DNA of 18,931 bases from Tepidisphaeraceae bacterium (GTDB lineage: Bacteria; Planctomycetota; Phycisphaerae; Tepidisphaerales; Tepidisphaeraceae), in the NCBI GenBank assembly GCA_035545895.1, contig DASZXJ010000223.1, positions 1-18,931 on the forward strand, read 5' to 3'. The notes under the pieces were generated by a model. That model saw only the letters and a program-made list of their open reading frames with translations. It was not told where the DNA came from and did not search any database. The translations under genes and the position numbers were made by a program. Positions within the stretch are counted from its first letter, which is position 1. Every line of letters starts with the position of its first letter. Shown here piece after piece: positions 1 to 7,126 of this stretch.

Positions 1-211
1 CGGATAAAACTGAACAGTGCCCGTTGGCGGGTCAGACGAGCCGAGCGATTCGGCGCGCTGTTGTGCTTGGAATACTCCGACCAATCCGCCAACTATTGGT
101 CAAAACTGGCCGCTTGACCGCCACAAAGATGCGTTAGACCCCCGACATTCATCTGATTGTTGATCTTCGTTTATCCGTGTTCATCTGCGGTTTCAAGCTA
201 TAAAAACCACA

Positions 212-255
212 ACGCCCATGAAGTGAGTCGCGACCTCACCGCATGGGCGTTTTAT
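212..255 (+). terminator. Rho-independent-terminator-like hairpin: 9-bp stem acgcccatg/catgggcgt with a nested GTGAG/CTCAC inner stem, followed by TTTTAT. The opposite strand also carries a T-run (tgtggttttta).
   Basis: Inverted repeat and T-tract read directly from the sequence. It lies ~60-100 nt downstream of the stop codons that close the two open frames entering from the left edge (115-117 and 153-155). Confidence 0.4.
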
Positions 256-933
256 GGCATCGAGCCGATTCTCACGGCAAGTTTGCTCCCGGCCTGGGCC
301 CGCCTCGGCCCGCTCGGCACGGAAAGTCAGGGGACTGTCCTTCCGCACGGACGGTTGATGCCGAATATCACCGGCACCGCTCACCCAACGGGGTGGCTTG
401 GCGGTTTCCCGACTGGACGGCCGTGGGATTTCGCTTTCCCGGACCCATTCCCTGGGTTCAGCCTGGCTCTACCGCCCGTTACCAGACGGCTCACCCGGCG
501 TAGGTCCGATGCAACGGTAATCGGAGGACTCTCTCCTCGCGGGCCGATGCATCACGTGCGGCGACGTTAACCCGACTCGCCTTCGGCGTTTTGGCGCCGA
601 TTAGTTTCGGGTGGCCCCGCCGATGCGATATCCACCGCATCGACGCGCGTCTTGCGACGCCGTCGCTGGCCGCCGACTCCCGCCGTGCCCGCCATTCCTT
701 GCTTCGCACGGCCAATCAATTCCTTTGGGAGCCGGACTCCGTATCAGAAGCCTTTTCCACTTTCGCCAGCCGATTGCTCGACTAACGACAGACGCCAATA
801 TAACCGTGTCAATAAAAATCCGAATGAGTTTTCGACAGGTCGGTCAGCGGTTTTCCACCGCTGCGTGCAAGTACATATTGTTTCACACGTTGCCCGGTGC
901 AAAACGCGGTGGATAAAGTGCGGTGATGGGGAA

Positions 934-988
934 ATGACGAATAACCAACCCAGAATGACGAATCAATGACGAAATCCCGAATTACGAA
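934..988. repeat. Four direct copies of ATGACGAA / ATTACGAA (934-941, 955-962, 966-973, 981-988) immediately downstream of the brnA stop. Possible regulator-binding array.
   Basis: Octamer recurs 3x exactly and once with one mismatch, at centre-to-centre spacings of 21, 11 and 15 nt. Read directly. Confidence 0.4.
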
Positions 989-992
989 TTTT

Positions 993-1325
993 TCAGGCGG
1001 CTGTCGATCGCTTTTGTGATGGAAGAACGGCCTCCAAGCCTCTTGCGATCAGCGCGGCGCGAGTCATTCCGGTCTTCTTAACATAAGTGTCGGCCCGTTT
1101 AAGCAGTCCTTTTTCAAGACTTACTGCAATCACTTTATGCCCCTGCCCTTTGACTGGTCGGCCAAGTTTTCGCTTGGTACGCTGCCAAAGCTTTCGCTGG
1201 GCGGGAGTGAGTGGCCTGCCGGGATTGAGTGGGTTAATCGTTTCACATTCCTGATAAATGGCTTCTTTTTCCTCGTCGCTTAGGGCGAGGAAAGAAGTCA
1301 CCGTTAATGGTTTGCGATTACTCAT
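993..1325 (-). CDS. brnA: BrnA-like antitoxin with a C-terminal ribbon-helix-helix (CopG-like) DNA-binding domain
   Basis: 110 aa. The C-terminus KVIAVSLEKGLLKRADTYVKKTGMTRAALIARGLEAVL fits a beta-alpha-alpha RHH fold. It overlaps the upstream toxin ORF by 4 nt (ATGA), giving BrnT-then-BrnA gene order. Confidence 0.6.
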   Translation of the reverse strand: MSNRKPLTVTSFLALSDEEKEAIYQECETINPLNPGRPLTPAQRKLWQRTKRKLGRPVKGQGHKVIAVSLEKGLLKRADTYVKKTGMTRAALIARGLEAVLPSQKRSTAA

Positions 1326-1621
1326 CTTTTTCTCCGGCGATATCGCCTCTTCTCTAAATCGGTTAGTGGGCGAGCATGAATAACATACAGCGTTTCGTCC
1401 GGATCAATAACGTAAAGCACCTGAACAAATTGTCCGCCCATCCCTTTACCAATCACGCGAAACTTTCCGTTGCCGACTTGTTCCGGATACGGCGATCTTG
1501 CCAATTCGACAACCATTTCTGCCCTTCTGGTGAAACACCATGCTTCGTCGCATGATCGAGGTTCCACTCGTTCCACCGGAAGGGCATGCTTACTTATATA
1601 ACAAAATAACCGTGCACGCAA
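1322..1621 (-). CDS. brnT: BrnT-like (DUF497) ribonuclease toxin. The N-terminus looks shortened or divergent, and the true start may be internal.
   Basis: ISKHALPVERVE resembles the BrnT segment IAKHGVSFEE. The C-terminus FRVIGKGMGGQFVQVLYV...LYVIHARPLTDLEKRRY resembles the BrnT end (...IISMRPASAKER). The ORF starts with TTG directly after, and in frame with, the stop of the upstream SPFH gene, so the FEWD-like N-terminal motif has no room. Confidence 0.55.
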   Translation of the reverse strand: MRARLFCYISKHALPVERVEPRSCDEAWCFTRRAEMVVELARSPYPEQVGNGKFRVIGKGMGGQFVQVLYVIDPDETLYVIHARPLTDLEKRRYRRRKR

Positions 1622-2869
1622 TTATTTTTTCGGCGAAGTGCTTGTATCCTGCATGATCTTTGCCGCGCCGATGTCCTGGAAATTCTTGAGGTCGGTCCAG
1701 AACGTGCCGGGGCCGGCGAAGATCAGCCGCATTTCCGTGGGATCAAAGTTTCGGGCGAAAATGTAATTGTTGTATGCCTGCGGTGAGCCGAAGGCATCGA
1801 TAAGCAGTTTCGCGCCTTTTGCGTCCGCTTCATTTCTTAATCGCACAACATCCGCGCCCGCTTTACCGAGAATCTGCTGGCGCTGCGATTCGAGTTGGGC
1901 GATCTGGAGCGCGATCTTGGCGACGTCGAGTTCGCGCTGGGCATCGATCTCGGCGGCCTGCTTTTGTCCGTCGGCCATTACGTTGGCGACTCGCACATTG
2001 GTCTCTGCCGCGACCGTTTCCCGGGCCACATCCACCAGCTTCAACGCTTGCTCAAGCTGGGCGGCCACCATCGCGGTTTCGGTCTTTTGCTTGTTGGTCA
2101 GGTCCTTTTCGATTTCGATATTGGCTCGCTGAATCGTGCCGAGCAGCCCCTGGGTTTGGTCGCGCCCGGTCGTGCCGTCGCGGATCGAAATGTTGCGGAT
2201 CAGCGCAAGCAGCACATGGATATTGCGGTTGGCCACTTGCTGTTCCAGGGAAGTGCTCAAATCATCCTGAAATTTCGATCGTGTTGCGCCCTGGATCAGT
2301 TCCTTGGCGGTGTATTTGGCGCCTTCGTTCTGGCAGGCGGCTTTCATGGCGGGAATGACGACGTTGCTTTCCACTTTTTCCGGCCCGCCAATGTTGGCGA
2401 CGATATTGGGCGCGTCCGCCGGGCTGCGACCCCATACCACCGTGAAATCGGCTTCCACCTGGTAACCATCAAAGCTGTAAAAACTGATTCCCGTCTTGGT
2501 GGATTCATCGAGCGTGATCGCGTCATAACCAACCGGCACGGTCGTCACTTTGACCAGTCGCGGATTGAGATAATAAATGCCAGGTTGAAGCACATCTTTC
2601 AAAATACCTCGCTGGGTTGCCCCAACGACCAATCGGCTGGGCGCTGCAGTGTCCATCTGTGTGGCGGGCCCAGTGGTGCTGGCGCGAATTTGGGTCAGGG
2701 TTGCGGTGGTCACTTCACCCATGTCGCCGGACAATCGTGTCACCACACCCACTGATCCTGGTGGAACGATGACGGCCGGCTGCAACTGCACATCGTACAA
2801 ATATGGATTGATCTTGTACGTGCCGGGTGTAAGGACCTCTCTCTGAATCCCCTTCTGCCCGGCCTGCAC
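1622..2869 (-). pseudogene. C-terminal ~415-aa portion of SPFH/band-7 (flotillin-like) protein B. It is separated from its N-terminal part by a +1 frameshift and contains the SPFH core and a coiled-coil tail.
   Basis: ISFYSFDGYQVEADFTVVWGR is SPFH-like. The long Q/A/E-rich region is coiled-coil. It aligns colinearly with the downstream paralog (3352..5001) directly across the junction with the 2874..3278 fragment. Confidence 0.75.
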
Positions 2870-2873
2870 GACT

Positions 2874-3278
2874 TCAACTCCCGGCGGGGGGGGTTTGGCC
2901 TTGCTTCAATGTCACCAGCCCGATTTGCGGCGCTAGCGCTGGGTCTGCCAGTGTACCCTCGCCAGTGAACGACCATTTTTCCGGTGAACCAGCCGGAATC
3001 TGCACCAGCGGTACGATCTTATGGTCATATTCCACCGGATTGAGGAAATATCGCCCGGGTCCAAGAACGTTTTGCTCAACGCCTTTGAAGGAATTCTGTT
3101 CCGGCGGCACGACCACCAACTCGCCGGGCAACGAATCCCCGAACTTGTTGATGACGACCAGTGCTTCATTAGGTGCGACATAAACTCGCATCACGCTCCA
3201 CTTGAAACCTTCCCAAACAACGCCAAGAAGGACAACCAGCATCACTGCACCGATCGCGATTATTTTGATTCGACTCAT
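2874..3278 (-). pseudogene. N-terminal 134-aa portion of SPFH protein B (TM helix plus first PGxY..NP hairpin repeat). It terminates 10 nt after a C8 run on the coding strand.
   Basis: ATG start with a GGAGA Shine-Dalgarno. The hydrophobic N-terminus IKIIAIGAVMLVVLLGVVW forms the TM helix. Deleting one C from the C8 tract (2886-2893, shown as G8 on the + strand) reads ...QTPPPGVEVVQAGQKGIQ... and fuses both fragments into a ~550-aa protein that matches the 549-aa paralog. Confidence 0.75.
2886..2893 (-). other. Homopolymer G8/C8 tract causing the frameshift in SPFH gene B. It is either a sequencing-error site or a slipped-strand hotspot.
   Basis: Eight consecutive G on the + strand at the exact frame junction. 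Confidence 0.7.
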
Positions 3279-3351
3279 TTTAGTTCTCCGTGTTTAGCAG
3301 ATCGTCGTTCGAGCAAAGCCCGTCCCTGCGGGACGGCGCTAAACATGGTTG

Positions 3352-5001
3352 TTATTTTTGTGCGGCCATGGGTTTTGTCGGGTCAATTTTTCGATTCGGG
3401 TCCTGTTGCATGAACTGTTTGAACAGGTCCGCGAATGGTCCATCGGTGTTGGTCAGAATCGATTTGACCGATGGCGCGACCTTTTGGAAGAAAAAGTATT
3501 GGGCGTATGCATCGCCATTGCCGAACGCGGCGATTTGCTGCCGCAGGGGCTCGGCTTCGGCTTGTTTGTTCATGAGGATGACGTTTGCATCCGCTTCGCC
3601 GCGCGCGACCTGTGCATCAGCCTGGTTTTTCGCGGCCTCCAGTCGAAGCTGCGCAACCGCAAGGTCCTGCTTCGCCTTGGTGAGTGCAACATCTCGCTCC
3701 TGCTCGGCCTTCTTAATCAGCGTAACGACCTGCTTGTTGGCTTCGCCGATTTTTTGGTTCTGCGTCGCCATCTCAGTCTGTCGCGCCAGATCGGACTGGC
3801 TCTTGGCGACCTGAATCTGCTGCTCAAGGCTTCTGATCTGCTGCTTGGCGATTTCGCGCTCGTTGATCGGATTTTTGATTTCGTTGGGCGGCACGATATC
3901 GCGAACCAGCGCCTGGAGGATTTCAATTCCCTGCTTTTCGCAGGCTTCGCGCAGGCGGGTTTCAAATTCGTGCTGGAATTTGAGCTTGGTGTCGCCGCTG
4001 ATGAAATCGCGCGCGTTGTACTGGCTGCCCACCAACCGGCAGAAGCTCCGTGCATACGGCAGGATCACTTTGTCATCGAGATATTTGACCAGCTCGCCGC
4101 CTTCGGCGTATTGCACGTAAATCAGCGGCAGTTTTTCGGGGATGATCGACCATTCGACGAATCCTTCCATGCGAATTTCAAAGCTGTCGGATGATGGGAA
4201 ACGAATCGCGTCTTCGCCGGACATTTCAAATCGCTGGCTCTGAATGCTGATGGGGATTACGCGTTTTTCAAACGGGTTGATGTATCGAAAGCCTTCCGGC
4301 TCGGTCTGGCGCTGCACGCCCTGGCTGTTGTCTTCGACGAGATATTGATTGGGGTTCTTGGCTTTCGTCGCGGCCAGTACTGTAACGACTCCGCGATGGC
4401 CGGGGTCGATCTGTACCGGATCGACCTGTTTTACTTCATACGCATAAGGATTGGAGTACTCGTTATAGCGGGCCGGTCGAAGAACGACCGGAAGCGGACC
4501 ACGCTGGTCGCGGGCCGGGTCGGCGAGCACCTGGCCATCATCCAGCTTTTGACCGAAACGCTTGATGACGATGCCGACCTTCTTACTGTCCACTACGACG
4601 GCTGCGACGATTTCCCGCTCGTAATCAAACGGGCTGAAGCCGAAGTACGTGCCTTCGGGATAAACCTGTTCGAGAATGCCGTTGCAGTCGCCATAAGTCG
4701 CCAGCCAGGTTTGGTAGGCCGGGTCTTTTTCATCCGGGGGGCGCGGAATGATGATCTGATCATCCGGCAGCGATCTCGACCCGTTCTTCTTCAACAGGAC
4801 CATGACCTGGCCGGCGCCAACACTGATTCGGCGGACGAACCAGAAATATCCACCATAGATGATCGCGATTGCCAGAATCGCCGCGGCGATCATCGGCGCG
4901 GAATTGGGTCTTGAAATCGGCGGAATTCTGGAAGAGTGATTCTGCGAAGCATCGTCTCCCGAGCCGCCATGGGCGAAATCAGAAACCGTGAACTTGGCCA
5001 T
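3352..5001 (-). CDS. SPFH/band-7 domain membrane protein A (flotillin-like, 549 aa): cytoplasmic N-terminus, one TM helix, three PGxY..NP hairpin repeats, SPFH core, long coiled-coil.
   Basis: ATG start. Hydrophobic segment MIAAAILAIAIIYGGYFWFV. The EA/Q-rich region QQIRSLEQQIQVAKSQ...AQLRLEAAKNQADAQ is coiled-coil. It is a paralog of the frameshifted gene B over its full length. Confidence 0.8.
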   Translation of the reverse strand: MAKFTVSDFAHGGSGDDASQNHSSRIPPISRPNSAPMIAAAILAIAIIYGGYFWFVRRISVGAGQVMVLLKKNGSRSLPDDQIIIPRPPDEKDPAYQTWLATYGDCNGILEQVYPEGTYFGFSPFDYEREIVAAVVVDSKKVGIVIKRFGQKLDDGQVLADPARDQRGPLPVVLRPARYNEYSNPYAYEVKQVDPVQIDPGHRGVVTVLAATKAKNPNQYLVEDNSQGVQRQTEPEGFRYINPFEKRVIPISIQSQRFEMSGEDAIRFPSSDSFEIRMEGFVEWSIIPEKLPLIYVQYAEGGELVKYLDDKVILPYARSFCRLVGSQYNARDFISGDTKLKFQHEFETRLREACEKQGIEILQALVRDIVPPNEIKNPINEREIAKQQIRSLEQQIQVAKSQSDLARQTEMATQNQKIGEANKQVVTLIKKAEQERDVALTKAKQDLAVAQLRLEAAKNQADAQVARGEADANVILMNKQAEAEPLRQQIAAFGNGDAYAQYFFFQKVAPSVKSILTNTDGPFADLFKQFMQQDPNRKIDPTKPMAAQK

Positions 5002-5031
5002 GAGATGTCCCTATCCCGCTGCGAAATTGCA

Positions 5032-5223
5032 TCACAGCTTTCTGCCGCAGCGTCGGCAGAATTGCGCGAAACTGGGGTGGCTGGCGCCGCAGCCCCGGCA
5101 AAGCCGCTGCTGCGTCTGCGATGAATACCGGCGATGTTGTGCAGCGGTGGTAACGATCAGAAATACCATCACTGCGATTGCCATAACGACAAAGAATTGC
5201 GGAAACTCAAGTACCGGATTCAT
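5032..5223 (-). CDS. Small (63 aa) membrane protein with an N-terminal TM helix and a C-terminal C-x2-C...C-x2-C zinc ribbon. Possibly the first gene of the SPFH operon.
   Basis: TM segment FFVVMAIAVMVFLIVTTAA. C-terminal motif CRGCGASHPSFAQFCRRCGRKL. ATG start with a GGTGG SD-like element. Same strand and 30 nt upstream of SPFH-A. Confidence 0.35.
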   Translation of the reverse strand: MNPVLEFPQFFVVMAIAVMVFLIVTTAAQHRRYSSQTQQRLCRGCGASHPSFAQFCRRCGRKL

Positions 5224-5312
5224 CGGCCACCGTCCAAATGATCGTCACCGGCCAATGATTCTACCATTATAACGTTGTGTCGTGTCTCTAGCGACGTTGT
5301 TACAATCAGCAC

Positions 5313-5885
5313 ATGGACTTAGGCGCCGAACAAAGGCGGATTCTCCTTGATGTGGCCCGGCAAACGATCCGCGCGGCATTGGGAGAAAGACAGACGCTGG
5401 CGAGTCAGGTATTCATTCCAAATGATCCAGCATTGTTTCAGCCGGCCGGTTGTTTTGTCACCTTGCACACCGCCGCCAACCACCGGCTGCGCGGATGTGT
5501 GGGACGATTGGATTCAAGCGAGCCGCTGGTCAATGTGGTGCGCCAGTCGGCTGCAAGTGTGTTACAGGACCCGCGTTTTGCCAATTTCCGCGTTCAATTG
5601 AGTGAACTGCCGCAACTGGAACTGGAAATCACCGCAATCCTGCCGCTTGTACCAGCCAGCGATTGCATGGATTTTGATCTGTTGAGCGAGGGCATTTACC
5701 TGACCGTCGGCGGGAATTCCGGCTGCTTTCTGCCGCAGGTTGCCCAGGAAACCGGCTGGAATAAAGAGCAGTTGCTCCAACGATTATGTACTGAAAAACT
5801 GGGTATTTCAGCCGATGCGTGGCGCGATCCAGCCGCGAAAATGATGAAATTTAAGACGCTGCTCATTGGCCCTGAGCGGTTTTGA
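5313..5885 (+). CDS. AMMECR1-domain protein (AmmeMemoRadiSam system protein A family), standalone
   Basis: 190 aa. Contains the characteristic LRGCVG motif and the GCFVTLH segment typical of AMMECR1. No Memo-like or radical-SAM partner gene adjacent. Confidence 0.8.
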   Translation: MDLGAEQRRILLDVARQTIRAALGERQTLASQVFIPNDPALFQPAGCFVTLHTAANHRLRGCVGRLDSSEPLVNVVRQSAASVLQDPRFANFRVQLSELPQLELEITAILPLVPASDCMDFDLLSEGIYLTVGGNSGCFLPQVAQETGWNKEQLLQRLCTEKLGISADAWRDPAAKMMKFKTLLIGPERF

Positions 5886-5932
5886 CCATTTAATGGAAAA
5901 CGGTCGGTGGCTTGCTAAACTGGACTGATCCC

Positions 5933-7126
5933 ATGAAAACGCGAAGCATTTCCATATTGGCATTGGTCGGCCTGCTCGCCGGTTGTAATCGCGAAGACCT
6001 GGCCATTCGAGAACAGCATGCACCCAAACAGCAACTGGTGATGGCCAGCGCTTCTGGAATGGAACTTGCCGAAGCCGCGCAAGCTGCCGAACCTGCCGCG
6101 GGCGCGCAGGAGATTCAATGGACCGTTCCCGACGGTTGGAAGTCCTTGCCGCCGTCTGCGATTCGGCTGGCATCGTTTCAGGTTTCTGAGAATCCCGATG
6201 TGCAGGTCAGCGTCGTTCCATTGAGCGGCGCATCCGGCGGGTTGCTCGCCAACGTCAATCGTTGGGAAGTTCAGTTAACCCTGCCGCCAACCCCGGAAAA
6301 AGATCTGCCCAAAATTTTGAAACACGCCGACGTCAGCGGCAGTGCGGTAGACATGGTCGATCTGATGGGGCCAGCCACCGCCAAGCCGCAGTTGCGCATG
6401 CTTGGCGCGATCCTGCCGCATGGCGAGCGAACGTATTATTTCAAACTCGTCGGGCCGGCTGACATCGTCGGAGCGCAAAAGGACAAGTTCGAAGCGTTCA
6501 TCAAATCGATCAAATTTGTGGCAGGTGGAAAAGCCCCGGAGATCGGTGATTTGCCGCCAATGCCCGGCGATATGCAGAACCTTCCAGCGGGTCATCCGCA
6601 GGTGGGTGGTGGTGCACCGGGTGAATTGCCCGCGGGACATCCACAGATCGGCGCACAGGCGCCTGCGATGCCGCAGCCTGCCGAGGCTGGGTCGGCTGAT
6701 ATCACGTATTCGACTCCCAATGGCTGGGTCAAAGATCCGCCGATGCAGTTTCGATTGGTTTCGTTTCACGTTGGCGAAAACGCCCAGCGAGTGGATGTGA
6801 TCGTCTCGCGCCTCCCGGCCACGGGTTCGGGCTCGCCGATCGACAACATCAATCGCTGGCGCGGACAGGTGGGCTTGCCGCCGAGCAAGGAAGGCGAGCC
6901 GCAACTAAATCAACCGGTGAAGGTGGACGGCGCTGACGGCAGCCAGTTTGATTTCACCGGCCCCGGCGCTGCAGCTCAAGCCAAACGCATCATCGTCGCG
7001 TGGGTGCCCAAAGGGACTGACTGGTGGTTCTTCCGCGTGTCGGGACCATCAAGCCTGGTCACTCAACAGCAGGCTGGCTTTGACAACTTCCTTAAATCCG
7101 TGAAATTCTCCGCACCCAAGCCGTGA
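5933..7126 (+). CDS. Lipoprotein with two tandem ~140-aa repeats of an unrecognised domain, plus an internal LPAGHPQ(V/I)G duplication. Cotranscribed with ccsBA.
   Basis: Signal peptide with lipobox MKTRSISILALVGLLAGC (ATG at 5933; the track ORF begins at an upstream TTG at 5912). Repeat 1 WTVPDGWKSLP...NVNRWEVQLTLPP...FIKSIKF pairs with repeat 2 YSTPNGWVKDPP...NINRWRGQVGLPP...FLKSVKFS. Stop overlaps the ccsBA GTG start (GTGA). Confidence 0.7.
   Translation: MKTRSISILALVGLLAGCNREDLAIREQHAPKQQLVMASASGMELAEAAQAAEPAAGAQEIQWTVPDGWKSLPPSAIRLASFQVSENPDVQVSVVPLSGASGGLLANVNRWEVQLTLPPTPEKDLPKILKHADVSGSAVDMVDLMGPATAKPQLRMLGAILPHGERTYYFKLVGPADIVGAQKDKFEAFIKSIKFVAGGKAPEIGDLPPMPGDMQNLPAGHPQVGGGAPGELPAGHPQIGAQAPAMPQPAEAGSADITYSTPNGWVKDPPMQFRLVSFHVGENAQRVDVIVSRLPATGSGSPIDNINRWRGQVGLPPSKEGEPQLNQPVKVDGADGSQFDFTGPGAAAQAKRIIVAWVPKGTDWWFFRVSGPSSLVTQQQAGFDNFLKSVKFSAPKP

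Noticed and set aside
1-156. 3' end of a plus-strand gene entering from the left (frame-1 stop at 115-117, frame-3 stop at 153-155)
   Set aside because: Both frames are open from position 1, but the 38- and 51-aa tails have no recognisable features, so the frame cannot be chosen. The downstream terminator hairpin makes a gene end plausible but unproven.
150-600. Possible RNase P RNA or tmRNA
   Set aside because: Only a short GGAAAGTC match to the RNase P CR-I. The other conserved blocks (GGTGAAA...GGTAAGAGCGCACC, ACAGAACCCGGCTTA), the tmRNA T-arm/ACCA end and a tag ORF were not found on either strand. Cannot be assigned without a covariance-model search.
157-969. Track ORFs 157..570 +, 243..503 +, 491..715 -, 591..785 +, 601..798 -, 611..916 + and 652..969 +
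   Set aside because: Mutually overlapping, Pro/Arg/Gly-rich, with no domain signatures and no start context. Treated as non-coding.
1895-2755. 286-aa + strand ORF. Also 1767..2132 + and 1819..2358 +.
   Set aside because: Antisense to SPFH-B, which is supported by paralog alignment.
3349-4194. 281-aa + strand ORF. Also 3290..3814 + and 4345..4914 +.
   Set aside because: Antisense to the SPFH-A gene. Leu/Arg-rich artefact composition.
6275-6904. 209-aa minus-strand ORF. Also 6402..6800 +.
   Set aside because: Embedded in the lipoprotein gene, whose internal duplicated domain supports the + frame called.
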